A DNA stretch of 64,000 bases from an uncultured Thermoplasmatales archaeon. GTDB lineage: Archaea > Thermoplasmatota > SW-10-69-26. The translations under genes and the position numbers were made by a program. Location: contig CAYNEI010000005.1 of NCBI GenBank assembly GCA_964396185.1, positions 19,842 through 83,841 on the forward strand, given 5' to 3'. The notes beneath the pieces were generated by a model. It had not been told where the DNA came from, did no database searches, and saw only the letters and a list, made by a program, of their open reading frames with translations. Positions 54,969 to 64,000 of the stretch are shown here, one piece after another (the stretch's first letter is position 1; each line of letters starts with the position of its first letter).

Positions 54969-56285
54969 TCACGTGATGGTGATGCTGTCGGTCATGCCGA
55001 GCTGGTAGTGGCCTGGGATGTCGCACCACCACTCCCACTCGCCCGCCTCGTCCTCGGAGGGCGTGAAGATGAGCGTGGCGGACTCGCCCGCCTGGAGATC
55101 CCGGGTCTCGTAGAGGACCTCCTCGCTCCCGCCCGCTTCCGATGGGTTCCCGATGAAGAGGTTGTGGACCGTTCCTCCTTCGTTGACCACGTTGAGCAGG
55201 TAGGTCTGGCCCGCCTCGAAGGTCGTCGTCGAGGACTCGATATCGAAGTCCGTGAGCGAGACCGTCATGGTCTCGGCCTGGACCACCTCGAGCTCAGCGC
55301 TGGCATCTCCTGCTGTGAGCGTGTACGTTCCAGCCTCGAGGGTCGTGTTCAAGGTCGCGGTGGCGCCGGGCTCGATCGAGCCCGTGGTGCCGTTGGCCTC
55401 GACCCCCTCGATCGCGAACTCCGTGGCGCTGGTGGCGTTGTTGGTCACCCGGAACTGGATGTCTGCGTCCGCCACGGCGGTGGCAGCAGAGAGCTCAAGG
55501 CTCCCGTCTCCGATCTGGACGTCGATGGTCTGGTCGGCCCCGACGTCGACGACCTCCCCGCGCTTCTCATCGAGCCAGGTATCGAAATCCTGCTGGGGAA
55601 CCGCCTCGAAGGCCGCCCGCATGTAAGCATGGTTGAAGCCGCAGAACTCTGCGCACTTGAGCAGATACTCGCCCTCGGGCACGTTGCTCCAGAAGAACTG
55701 GTGCTCGCCGGGCGTGGCGTCGACCTTGCCGCCGAACTCCGGGACCCAGAAGCTGTGGATGACATCGCCAGCTGTGACGTTGAACACGACGTCTGTGTTC
55801 GCCGGTATTTGGAACGGTTCCTCTCCCTCCAAGCTCCCTGTGTCGGGGTCTGGCTGTTGGTTGAGGATCACGCCGTTGCCGTAGTCGACCTGCCAAAACC
55901 ACTGGAACCCGGTGACCTGTATCTCCATCGTGTCGTTGGCATCCGGTTGCTCGTTGAGGTCGACCATGCCAGCGTAGGCCACGAACCCGAGCCAGACAAC
56001 GATGATCAGGGGGATGATCGTCCAGACCGCTTCGATGGCGAGGTTGTCACGGTGTTCCTCGTTGGTCCGGCGGCCGGAGCCGTTCGCTCGGAACTTGACG
56101 AGCGTGACGGCGAGCCAGACGAAGAAGATCAGGAAGACGATCAGACCGGCGAAGAGGACCTGGGTGTACGTGTCTTGGATGAGATCCATCCGGGAGGTGA
56201 CGGGGTCCGGGAGGCCCCAGGCCGCCATGGCCGTGGGGGCGAGCAGCAAGCCGGTCACGAGGGCGGCGATGGGGGCCGATCGCAT
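54969..56285 (-). CDS. coxB: Heme-copper oxidase subunit II with two extra cupredoxin domains
   Basis: Two TM segments, QWFW, CuA ligands VIHSF and CAEFCGFNHAYM; C-terminal type-1 Cu motif HNL...CDIPGHYQLGM. Confidence 0.9.
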   Translation of the reverse strand: MRSAPIAALVTGLLLAPTAMAAWGLPDPVTSRMDLIQDTYTQVLFAGLIVFLIFFVWLAVTLVKFRANGSGRRTNEEHRDNLAIEAVWTIIPLIIVVWLGFVAYAGMVDLNEQPDANDTMEIQVTGFQWFWQVDYGNGVILNQQPDPDTGSLEGEEPFQIPANTDVVFNVTAGDVIHSFWVPEFGGKVDATPGEHQFFWSNVPEGEYLLKCAEFCGFNHAYMRAAFEAVPQQDFDTWLDEKRGEVVDVGADQTIDVQIGDGSLELSAATAVADADIQFRVTNNATSATEFAIEGVEANGTTGSIEPGATATLNTTLEAGTYTLTAGDASAELEVVQAETMTVSLTDFDIESSTTTFEAGQTYLLNVVNEGGTVHNLFIGNPSEAGGSEEVLYETRDLQAGESATLIFTPSEDEAGEWEWWCDIPGHYQLGMTDSITIT

Positions 56286-56403
56286 GGGGTCTCGGCCGGC
56301 TGAAGCAGGCCCCTGTTCAAAAGCGTTGCGCGCTGCGTGCGACGAATGCCCATGCAGCCCATCGTTAAGGTTTTCTAAGGGTGCCCCTTAGTCGCCGGCG
56401 ACC

Positions 56404-58002
56404 ATGGCAGACCATGCCCACGAGTCCCCATCTGGTCTGAAGCGGTGGCTGACCACCACCGACCACAAGGAGATCGGCATCCTCTACCTGTGGGCTGCCA
56501 TCGCGTTCTTCCTGCTGGGCGGCGTCGCGGCGCTCGCGCTGCGTACAGAGCTCTTCTACCCGGGCCGCACGATCATGGGCCAAGGTACGTTCAACGAGCT
56601 CTTCTCGCTGCACGGCACGATCATGGTGTTCCTGTGGATCATGCCAGCCATGGCTGCCTTCGGGAACTACTTCGTTCCCCTCATGCTCAAGGCGCCGGAC
56701 ATGGCCTTCCCCCGGGTCAACGCCCTCTCGTTCTGGCTGCTCCCACCGGCAGGCCTGATGCTCATCGCGGGCATGCTGCTCCCCGCCATCGGCCTCGTGG
56801 ACCCCGGGTCCATGACCACCGTCAACGTCGGCTGGACGGGCTACCCACCCCTCTCGGTCCAGGACACCGCCAACATCGGGCTGGACTTCTGGCTGGGAAG
56901 CCTCATCCTGCTCGGCATCTCGTCCACCTTGGGCAGCGTCAACTTCCTGGCCACCATCTTCGGCATGCGAGGCGAGGGCGTCACGTTCCACAACATGCCG
57001 CTCATGTGCTGGGCCCAGATGGCTACAAGCATCCTGCTCGTCTTCTCCCTGCCGGTCGTGACCGTGGCCTTCCTGTTCCTCTTCTTCGACCGCAACCTGG
57101 GCACGAGCTTCTTCATCGGGGCCGGCAGCGACCCCATCCTTTACCAGCACCTCTTCTGGTTCTTCGGCCATCCGGAGGTCTACGTGCTCGTCTTGCCAGC
57201 CTTCGGCATCATCTCGGAGGTGATCCCCAAGTTCAGCGGCCGCCCTGTGTTCGGCTACCACTCCATGGCCTACGCGATCATCGCCATCGCGGTGCTCGGG
57301 TTCCTGGTGTGGGCCCACCACATGTTCACGACCGGCATGGACCTCACCGCCCAGGTCGGCTTCATGATCACCTCTTTGGTCATCGCTGTGCCCACCGGCA
57401 TCAAGGTGTTCAACTGGCTGGCGACCATGTGGGGGGGCGTGCTGGACATGAAGCCGCCGATGCTGCACGCGGTGGGCTTCCTGTGGCTCTTCGTCATCGG
57501 TGGGATCACAGGCATCATGCTGGCCATCGTGCCCCTCGACTACCACCTGCACGACTCGTACTTCGTCGTAGCCCACTTCCACTACACCATGGTAGGCGGG
57601 GCCATGTTCGGCATCTTCGCCGGCTTGTACTACTGGTGGCCCCGCATGTTCAGCGGGAAGATGTACAACATGGCGCTGGCCAACATCCACTTCTGGCTCA
57701 TGTTCATCGGGTTCAACGTGACGTTCTTCCCGCAGTTCCTGCTGGGCCTCCAGGGCATGCCGCGGCGGTACTTCGACTACCTCCCCGAGTTCACCGCCAT
57801 GAACCAAGCTTCCACCATCGGGGGCTTCATCATCGGGGCCAGCATCCTCGTCTTCCTGATCAACGCGGCTTGGAGCTTCACCCGGGGACCCGTGGTCCAC
57901 GACGACCCGTGGGGGGGCGCCTCTCGGGTCGAGTGGGAAGGGGACGAGTGGAAACCCACGCCTGGCGTGGGCAGCCCCGTGCAGACCGAGGAGGTGTCCT
58001 AG
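56404..58002 (+). CDS. coxA: Heme-copper oxidase subunit I (A1 type)
   Basis: TTDHKEIG, HG, DMAFPRVN, WFFGHPEVY, WAHHM, VAHFHY, GMPRRY. Confidence 0.95.
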   Translation: MADHAHESPSGLKRWLTTTDHKEIGILYLWAAIAFFLLGGVAALALRTELFYPGRTIMGQGTFNELFSLHGTIMVFLWIMPAMAAFGNYFVPLMLKAPDMAFPRVNALSFWLLPPAGLMLIAGMLLPAIGLVDPGSMTTVNVGWTGYPPLSVQDTANIGLDFWLGSLILLGISSTLGSVNFLATIFGMRGEGVTFHNMPLMCWAQMATSILLVFSLPVVTVAFLFLFFDRNLGTSFFIGAGSDPILYQHLFWFFGHPEVYVLVLPAFGIISEVIPKFSGRPVFGYHSMAYAIIAIAVLGFLVWAHHMFTTGMDLTAQVGFMITSLVIAVPTGIKVFNWLATMWGGVLDMKPPMLHAVGFLWLFVIGGITGIMLAIVPLDYHLHDSYFVVAHFHYTMVGGAMFGIFAGLYYWWPRMFSGKMYNMALANIHFWLMFIGFNVTFFPQFLLGLQGMPRRYFDYLPEFTAMNQASTIGGFIIGASILVFLINAAWSFTRGPVVHDDPWGGASRVEWEGDEWKPTPGVGSPVQTEEVS

Positions 58003-58767
58003 ATGGCATCCGAGACCTCAGGAACCGTGGAGTACCAGCTCCCACACGGCAGTTGGTGGCCCCTCTGGGTCGCCCTGGCCATGACCCTGCTCATGCTCGG
58101 CTTCATCCTGCCCGGTCCCGTGCTCTGGATCGGCGCAGCCGCCTTCGCCTTGGCTGGCCTGGGCTGGCTCCACGAGGACGTGCTCTGGTGGGACGAGCGC
58201 ATCGGCACCGGGCCCGGAGCCGGACGATGGGGGGTCATGCTCTTCATCGGCAGCGAGATCATGATCTTCGGCGCCCTCTTCGCGACCTACTTCAACTTCC
58301 GCGCCGACGCCCTCGTCTGGCCGCCTGAGGGGACCCCCCACCTCCCCATCGGAACCACCGGGATCTTCACGATCATCCTGCTGACCAGCGGGGCCACCAT
58401 GCACTGGGCCCACACCGCCCTGCGCCTCGGGGACATGAAGAAGTTCAAAGGCCACCTGATCCTCACCATCGTGCTCGGCGCCATCTTCATGGCCGGCCAA
58501 GTGTCCGAGTACAACCACCTCATCCACGAGGGCATGACCCTGACCGACCACCCATTCGGCACAACGTTCTACATGCTCACAGGCACCCACGGCCTCCACG
58601 TCCTGGCCGGCCTCTTCGTGCTCTGCCTGGTCGCCTGGAGAGCCTTCTTCAACGACCAGTTCGACGCCGAGCGCCACGTCCTGCTCGAAGCGGGCGCGAT
58701 CTACTGGCACTTCGTGGATTTGGTTTGGGTCTTCGTCTACGCCATCATCTACCTCAATTGGGTCTAG
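58003..58767 (+). CDS. coxC: Heme-copper oxidase subunit III
   Basis: FIGSEIMIF, TGTHGLHV, YWHFVDLVW. Confidence 0.93.
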   Translation: MASETSGTVEYQLPHGSWWPLWVALAMTLLMLGFILPGPVLWIGAAAFALAGLGWLHEDVLWWDERIGTGPGAGRWGVMLFIGSEIMIFGALFATYFNFRADALVWPPEGTPHLPIGTTGIFTIILLTSGATMHWAHTALRLGDMKKFKGHLILTIVLGAIFMAGQVSEYNHLIHEGMTLTDHPFGTTFYMLTGTHGLHVLAGLFVLCLVAWRAFFNDQFDAERHVLLEAGAIYWHFVDLVWVFVYAIIYLNWV

Positions 58768-58896
58768 AGATGGCGTAGACGAAGACGAACCGAACGCTCG
58801 ACCCAGCGCCGACTGCGCGATCCGGGTCGAGCGTTCGGTGAAGTCGCGACGTCGACCGGCCGACCCCCGATAGGGCGAAGGCCGGTCAACGTCGCG
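58729..58896. repeat. Three stacked long inverted repeats after coxC
   Basis: 18-bp arms 58729-58746/58769-58786; 16-bp arms 58789-58804/58824-58839; 17-bp arms (1 mismatch) 58845-58861/58880-58896. Confidence 0.88.
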
Positions 58897-58945
58897 CTCG
58901 CATCGCCATGACCGGCGCTTGCTTCCGGCGCTGACGCCCACCTGC

Positions 58946-60964
58946 TTACACCCGTCGCCTGACCAACGCAACCGCGAGCATCGCCACAAGCACACCGCCC
59001 ACGCCGAGCGCGGGCGTCTCCTGCGGTTCCTCCTCGGTATCGTCGCCGATCTCCTGGGCGTCGTCGCCATCCGCCCCATCTGACCCGGCCCGGCTGTCGC
59101 TTCGCCAGCCGGCTGGCACCCCGCTCGTGCTGTCCGCGACATCCGAGTCCCCGGCTGGGCTCCCGACTGATGAGCTCACCCGGTGGTCTCCATCGGCCTG
59201 GTCGCCAGCACCGTCGGCATCGCTTCCGGCATGGATGTCCTGCTCTGGCAAGTCGAGCACGAGGCTTGTGTGGTCGGTCACGAACCCATGGTCCAGGGCG
59301 AGCTGGGTGGCTTGCTCGACGAGGGTCTCGTTGGCGCCGTGTGCGTCCAGGGTGTCCTGGATCGTTCGGATGCGGTGGTAGGCTACGAGGCGGCCGACGT
59401 CGATGGCCTTGTCATCCCTAGCGATCTTGTGTTCGAGCTCGTGGGTCACCGGTCCCTGGGAGCTCTGGGCATGCACGGTGGCGTTCAGCCAGCGCGCGTC
59501 GGCTGGGAATGTTCCCAAGAGGAGCAGCTCGCTACCGGCGTACAGGATGGGCGCAGCGGTGGCGGAGGCCTCGATGCCTGGTCCGTAGGCGATCTCCAGG
59601 TTGTGTAGCACAGGCGTGGTGAGCGCGCCCATGAACCGGGCGAGGTCGACCTCGGCCCCCGTTCCTGCAGGCACGCGGTGGGCCACGCCCTGGCCGTCTT
59701 CAGCCAGACCGTGGATCAGACCCCAGTCCGCGCCAGCACCGAAGGCAAGCCCGTAGATCGTCGCGTTGCGGGCGTTGGCGTTGCGCGCTAGCCCCCGGAG
59801 TTGGTCCTCCGTGCTCGCGGCGTGTCCATCGGTGAGCACCACCAGCGCCTTCAGGCGGCCGTCCTCCTGGGGCTCGGTGGCGTTGAGGGCCGCGAAGCCG
59901 TCCTGTAGACCCAGGGCCAGCCGCGTGCCGCCGCCAGCGAAGGTCGCATCGATCTCTGCCATGGCCTCCTGGGCTGTGTGCTCGTCGACATGCGCCATGG
60001 CATCCCACGGTGAGCGCACGGCAGACGAGAAGAAGCTGAGGTGGAGGCGGTCATCAGCATCGAGCATGCCGACCACCTGGCGTGCAGCGTCCTTGAGCTG
60101 GTCGATCTTCTCGCCGCTCATGGACCCGCTGGTGTCCAGCACCAGCACGAGGTCCAACGGGAGCTCGGCCTGACCGGGTGTGGCCCGGAACCGGTGCGCG
60201 AAGAACCCGGTGCCGTCGTGGACCGTGGTGACCACGGAGCCGGGCTCGCCGGTCGGATCCAGGGCGTAGTGGACATCGAGCTGGGTGGGATCCTCGAGGC
60301 CACGGGGGCCGACGTTGTAGGAGAGCTCGTAGCCGCCGGCGGCCTGTGAGACGCCAGCGCTGGGCTCGCTCCACAAGGCCTGGACGCCATCGGAGTGCTC
60401 GACCTGGACGTGGATCTCAGCGCCCGTGTCTTGGCCGAAGCTCGATACCGGGGCCTCCAGCGGCAGGGTGTAGATGCCTCGGTCGGCTGAGAGGTACTGC
60501 TCGTAGGTGAGCACGGCCCGCAGGGATTCGGTGGCCTCCACGTTGACACGGTAAGCGTACACGGAAGCGCCGCGGTGCTTCTCGACGAGGCCGGCCGAGC
60601 GCTCCTCTTGCTTGGCCTGGTCGTACTGCTCGCGAGCAGCGCCCCGTTGCTCGATGGTCGCGTTGTACACGGTCCCGTCCCTCTCGATGGTGAGCCCGGT
60701 GATCATGGCGTCATCCGGGACCCGAACCTCGAATGGGAACTCGGGGTCGGGGCCTCGGTTGTCGATCTGGGCGATCACCTGGACCGTGGCGTAGTTGTCC
60801 ACCACGTGGGCATCCACCGTCGTGTGGACGAACCACACCTCCCGACGCTCCGGGGCGTCGTCCTGGCCGAGGGCAACCCCGGTGAGCGGGGACACAAGGG
60901 TGAGCAGACCGATGGCGATCGTGAGCAAAGCGCGGGGGCGAGTCGTAGGCTCCTCCTCTCGCAT
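58946..60964 (-). CDS. Secreted VIT + vWA domain protein with a C-terminal sorting-type anchor
   Basis: Signal peptide, VIT-like region (VPDDAMITGL..., AREQYDQAK...AGLV), MIDAS DTSGS...GGT...LTDG, FVTDHTSL, ends ETPA + TM + RRRV; start ATG 60964. Confidence 0.85.
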   Translation of the reverse strand: MREEEPTTRPRALLTIAIGLLTLVSPLTGVALGQDDAPERREVWFVHTTVDAHVVDNYATVQVIAQIDNRGPDPEFPFEVRVPDDAMITGLTIERDGTVYNATIEQRGAAREQYDQAKQEERSAGLVEKHRGASVYAYRVNVEATESLRAVLTYEQYLSADRGIYTLPLEAPVSSFGQDTGAEIHVQVEHSDGVQALWSEPSAGVSQAAGGYELSYNVGPRGLEDPTQLDVHYALDPTGEPGSVVTTVHDGTGFFAHRFRATPGQAELPLDLVLVLDTSGSMSGEKIDQLKDAARQVVGMLDADDRLHLSFFSSAVRSPWDAMAHVDEHTAQEAMAEIDATFAGGGTRLALGLQDGFAALNATEPQEDGRLKALVVLTDGHAASTEDQLRGLARNANARNATIYGLAFGAGADWGLIHGLAEDGQGVAHRVPAGTGAEVDLARFMGALTTPVLHNLEIAYGPGIEASATAAPILYAGSELLLLGTFPADARWLNATVHAQSSQGPVTHELEHKIARDDKAIDVGRLVAYHRIRTIQDTLDAHGANETLVEQATQLALDHGFVTDHTSLVLDLPEQDIHAGSDADGAGDQADGDHRVSSSVGSPAGDSDVADSTSGVPAGWRSDSRAGSDGADGDDAQEIGDDTEEEPQETPALGVGGVLVAMLAVALVRRRV

Positions 60965-61158
60965 AGGACCCCCATGGCATCCGAGGGTCCATGAAGGTCT
61001 CAAATCCGTTCGGCCCCGGCCGAACCCTGTACAACCCATGGATTGCATCTGCAAGCCCGCTAACCCCCCTCCCAGTACGGGCGGCCAGGTGTTCGGTCCC
61101 CGCCGAACCCCTTGCACAGGGCTATAAATGCAGGCGTCGAGTACAGGGGTGAGCACGC

Positions 61159-63342
61159 ATGCCGGAGGACCTCCCCCTCGAGCCGGATCTGATCAAGGTC
61201 CTCGCGTCGGACACGCGCAGGGGGATCCTTGGCCACCTCACCGAGCGCCGGATGACCGTCACCGAGCTCGCCCGGGAGACCGGGTTGGGCAAGGCCACGG
61301 TCCACGAGCACCTCAAGAAGCTGACCCTCGCCGGCCTCGTGGATCGAGACGAGGACGACCGGCTCTGGGTCTACTACGAGCTCACCCCCCGCGGCAAGCG
61401 GATCCTGAACCCACAGCGCACCCGGTTCTACCTGGTCATCGGTGTGACCGTGCTGGCAGGCATCGCGGCTGTGCTGGCCGCCGTGCTCTTCTTCCAGGCC
61501 AGCACGCCCGGCGCGCCACTCGACGACGGGCTCGCGGTGTCCGTCGAGGACCCCACGGTCTACGCTGGCGAGCCCATCGCCTTCGAGGCCCTCATCACGG
61601 GAGCACAGGGCTCCTCCACGGATGTGCAAGCCTACCTGCTTGACGAGCAGGCCGCTGAGCAGGTACGCCTGGGCCACCGGGACGTCCGCGGGATCCCCTT
61701 GGAGTCGACCGGGGCCAAGGCGGCGTTCGGGACAGACAGCGCAAGCTCAGCTGACGGCATGGATGCAGACGATGGTCCCGACGACAGCCGTGGCACCGGG
61801 CTGCAGGAACCCTCCAGTGAACCGACGCGGACGGCCTTCCGAGCATCCACGGATCTCGCTGCAGGCACCTACTACGTGTTCGTGCGCGGCCCCAGCGGCG
61901 TGGACAACCGAGCCTCCATGCCTGCCCTCCAGGTCGCCGCCCTGGAGACGACGCCATCTCATGCGCCGTGGTACCGGGGCCTCTCCGAGACCCTCACCGT
62001 GAACGTGACGAGCAGCCAAGGACCCGTGGATGGGACCCTGATCCTCGAACCAGCCGAGCCCGCGGCCACAGGCGAGCAGGCCGTTGCCGACATCGTCGAA
62101 GGCACCGCCCAGTTCAGCCCTGCCACCTTGGATGCCCTCCCTGCCGGGCTCTACACGGCCCGCGTCTTCGTCGATGTGACCGAGCGGTGGCACAGCATCG
62201 AGCGAGCTGTCGAGATCGCTACGCCGGCCATCGCAGTGCAGCCCACGCATCTGGCCGCCTGGCAACCGGCCCAGGTCCACATCTCCTCCCCCAGCCCAGG
62301 ATCGGGTCTGGTGATAGACGTGAACGCGACCCACGTGCTCGACCGCGCCGACCACGCCCAGGGCACCCAGCTCGTGCTCGCGGCCGCCGAGCCAGGCGTG
62401 GTGGAGCTGACCGTCGGACGCCTCTCGACCCACCGGGTCACCGTGCATGCCACCCTCGAGGCGGTGCTGGAGGTCCACGACGGGCCCCGGTGGCTGCTCC
62501 AGGTCCGCACCCCCTCCGACGATGCTGGCCTGGCCGATGCCCGGGTCCTGCTCGACGGCCAGGCCGTGGGCCAGACCGACCCCTCGGGGGAGATCGAGCT
62601 CCCGGTCCCCGATCCCGGCTTGCATGTCCTTGGCGTGGAGCATCCGAACGGCTCGGTGATCGAGCACGTGCTCCACGTGGAGGGCTGGATGCCTGAGAGC
62701 GCCCTGGGCGGACTGGCACTCACCGTGGAGGAGGAGGCCAGCACCCCAGGCCGCGCTGGGCTCGAGATCACCCTTGAGAACGCCCACCCAGCAGCCCAGC
62801 CCACCTCTCTGGAGGTCATCTTGGATGGGCGCGTCGTGAGTGCACGCAGCCTCGTGGTCCCCGCGAACAGCTCCATGCTCGCCCAGGTGTCCATCCCCGT
62901 CACGTCCCAAGGCGTGTTCACCTTCGATGCCGTCGCCTCCCCGTTCCATGCTCTCGAGCTCATCACCCACAACGCGAGCCAACCGCCCGCAGCCGGAGAT
63001 GATGGAGGAGCCGATGGTGAGGATGGTGCAGACGGCGCCGACGACGCTGACGATGGCGACGATGGCGACGATGGCGACGATGCCGCTGGGGCGCCCGAGG
63101 CCGCCGGCGCCACCGCCGACCCGGGCCTAGCGGGTGGAACGGTCCAGATCGCCCTTGGGGGCACCGGGGACACCGGTGATGATCGGGCCCTGCTGGCAGA
63201 GGAGACAGGCGTGCCCGTGTTCGGCGACGACGGCTCGGCTGCAGCGGATGAAGCCCATGAGACCCCTGGGCCTGGCTGGCTGCCGGTCCTCCTGGTCGCG
63301 CTCGGCTGCGCAGGCGCGGTGGCTTGGCACCGGCGTCGTTGA
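61159..63342 (+). CDS. ArsR-like winged HTH - TM - large extracellular region - C-terminal PGF-CTERM-like anchor
   Basis: KVLASDTRRGIL...TVTELARETGLGKATVHEHLKKL...VYYELTPRG; TM at about residues 90-112; beta-rich acidic body; DDG repeats; ends ETPGPG + TM + HRRR. Confidence 0.85.
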   Translation: MPEDLPLEPDLIKVLASDTRRGILGHLTERRMTVTELARETGLGKATVHEHLKKLTLAGLVDRDEDDRLWVYYELTPRGKRILNPQRTRFYLVIGVTVLAGIAAVLAAVLFFQASTPGAPLDDGLAVSVEDPTVYAGEPIAFEALITGAQGSSTDVQAYLLDEQAAEQVRLGHRDVRGIPLESTGAKAAFGTDSASSADGMDADDGPDDSRGTGLQEPSSEPTRTAFRASTDLAAGTYYVFVRGPSGVDNRASMPALQVAALETTPSHAPWYRGLSETLTVNVTSSQGPVDGTLILEPAEPAATGEQAVADIVEGTAQFSPATLDALPAGLYTARVFVDVTERWHSIERAVEIATPAIAVQPTHLAAWQPAQVHISSPSPGSGLVIDVNATHVLDRADHAQGTQLVLAAAEPGVVELTVGRLSTHRVTVHATLEAVLEVHDGPRWLLQVRTPSDDAGLADARVLLDGQAVGQTDPSGEIELPVPDPGLHVLGVEHPNGSVIEHVLHVEGWMPESALGGLALTVEEEASTPGRAGLEITLENAHPAAQPTSLEVILDGRVVSARSLVVPANSSMLAQVSIPVTSQGVFTFDAVASPFHALELITHNASQPPAAGDDGGADGEDGADGADDADDGDDGDDGDDAAGAPEAAGATADPGLAGGTVQIALGGTGDTGDDRALLAEETGVPVFGDDGSAAADEAHETPGPGWLPVLLVALGCAGAVAWHRRR

Positions 63343-63596
63343 CCCGCCAGCTTGAAGGCCCGCGGCTGCCTGGCCTCGTCGTGACGCCCAAGGAGGCTGG
63401 CCGCCGGCTGATCCTGCTCTCCCTGCCCTTCCTCGGCTTCGGGCTGCTCATGGCCATAGCCCCGCCCTTCCGAGAGACGCTTGGCCAGGCAGCCGGCGTG
63501 GTTCAGGCTCTGGGCGTGGCCCTGGTCCTGCTGGCCCTGGGCGCGATCTTGCTCGGCGTTTACCTGGCGGCCGAGCGCGACGAGCGCAGGCTTTGA
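63339..63596 (+). CDS. Small two-TM membrane protein
   Basis: TTGA overlap with the upstream stop; two hydrophobic segments. Confidence 0.6.
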   Translation: MTRQLEGPRLPGLVVTPKEAGRRLILLSLPFLGFGLLMAIAPPFRETLGQAAGVVQALGVALVLLALGAILLGVYLAAERDERRL

Positions 63597-63654
63597 CCGG
63601 ATCGTGCTCGCTCCTCGCGGCAGGCTCAAGAGGAGACGCCACGTTCGGGGCCCG

Positions 63655-64000
63655 ATGGCCAACATCCTCTTCTTCCACTACCGGGCCGCCCGCCACGGGA
63701 GAGCGATCCTCCAGGCGCTCAAGGACGCGGGGCACAAGGTCGTGGACGCCGTGCCCGAGTACCCGGATTTCCAGCCCTCCCTGGAGCTTGCCCAACCCGA
63801 CGTGGTCGTGGTCGAGGGCAGCCAGAACGCGAACCGGGGCCTCGAGGCTGCCGACTTCGTGGTGGGCAAACCCGCCTACAAGGACGCCCTCGTTCTGCTG
63901 GTGAACTGGCCCGAGGGTCTGGTCAGGATGGCCGAGATGAAGCTCCCTCAAGCACGCCTGGTCGCCGCAGACGAGGTGGTCCCGGCTGTCGAGGCACGAG
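63655..64000 (+). CDS. CheY-like receiver-fold protein, truncated by the window edge
   Basis: Manual translation MANILFFH...LKDAGHKV...QPDVVVVEG...GLEAA...LVLLV; not in the ORF track. Confidence 0.55.
   Translation, partial: MANILFFHYRAARHGRAILQALKDAGHKVVDAVPEYPDFQPSLELAQPDVVVVEGSQNANRGLEAADFVVGKPAYKDALVLLVNWPEGLVRMAEMKLPQARLVAADEVVPAVEAR

Noticed and set aside
63049..63082. GACGATGGC tandem repeat as a separate element
   Set aside because: An in-frame low-complexity DDG linker within the HTH-ectodomain protein.

Overview
High-GC archaeal chromosomal window. The lineage is probably Thermoplasmatota (DUF6015-like gene, archaeal RNAP operon), and the organism is probably aerobic and salt-adapted (A1-type heme-copper oxidase, Trk K+ uptake, very acidic proteins); both are inferences. 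Most of the window is core genome: the rpoH-B''-B'-A'-A''-rpl30e-nusA operon, aIF5B, rps8e, SRP19, Lsm, three tRNAs (Leu-CAA, Lys-TTT and a two-intron Trp-CCA), biotin-dependent acyl-CoA carboxylase parts, methylmalonyl-CoA mutase, two thiolase/DUF35 pairs, a MoxR-DUF58-ABC locus, coxBAC and several surface proteins or lipoproteins. No integrase, transposase or cas gene is visible. The most unusual features are: (i) a regularly spaced array of three 62-bp palindromic repeats, each a near-synonymous copy of a gene's 3' end, separated by 39-40-bp hairpin spacers; (ii) a dispersed family of ~50-bp palindromes with covarying stems and related loops, one of which copies the tRNA-Leu 3' end; (iii) a tRNA-Trp carrying both the C/D-guide intron and a second BHB intron in the T-loop; (iv) RNAP subunit A'' with three N-terminal (HhH)2 modules; (v) a membrane-spanning HTH regulator with a large extracellular region and a C-terminal sorting-type anchor, divergent from a similarly anchored VIT-vWA protein; (vi) a candidate anti-SD-loop sRNA next to the Lsm gene. 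All calls come from reading the sequence; no database searches were run.
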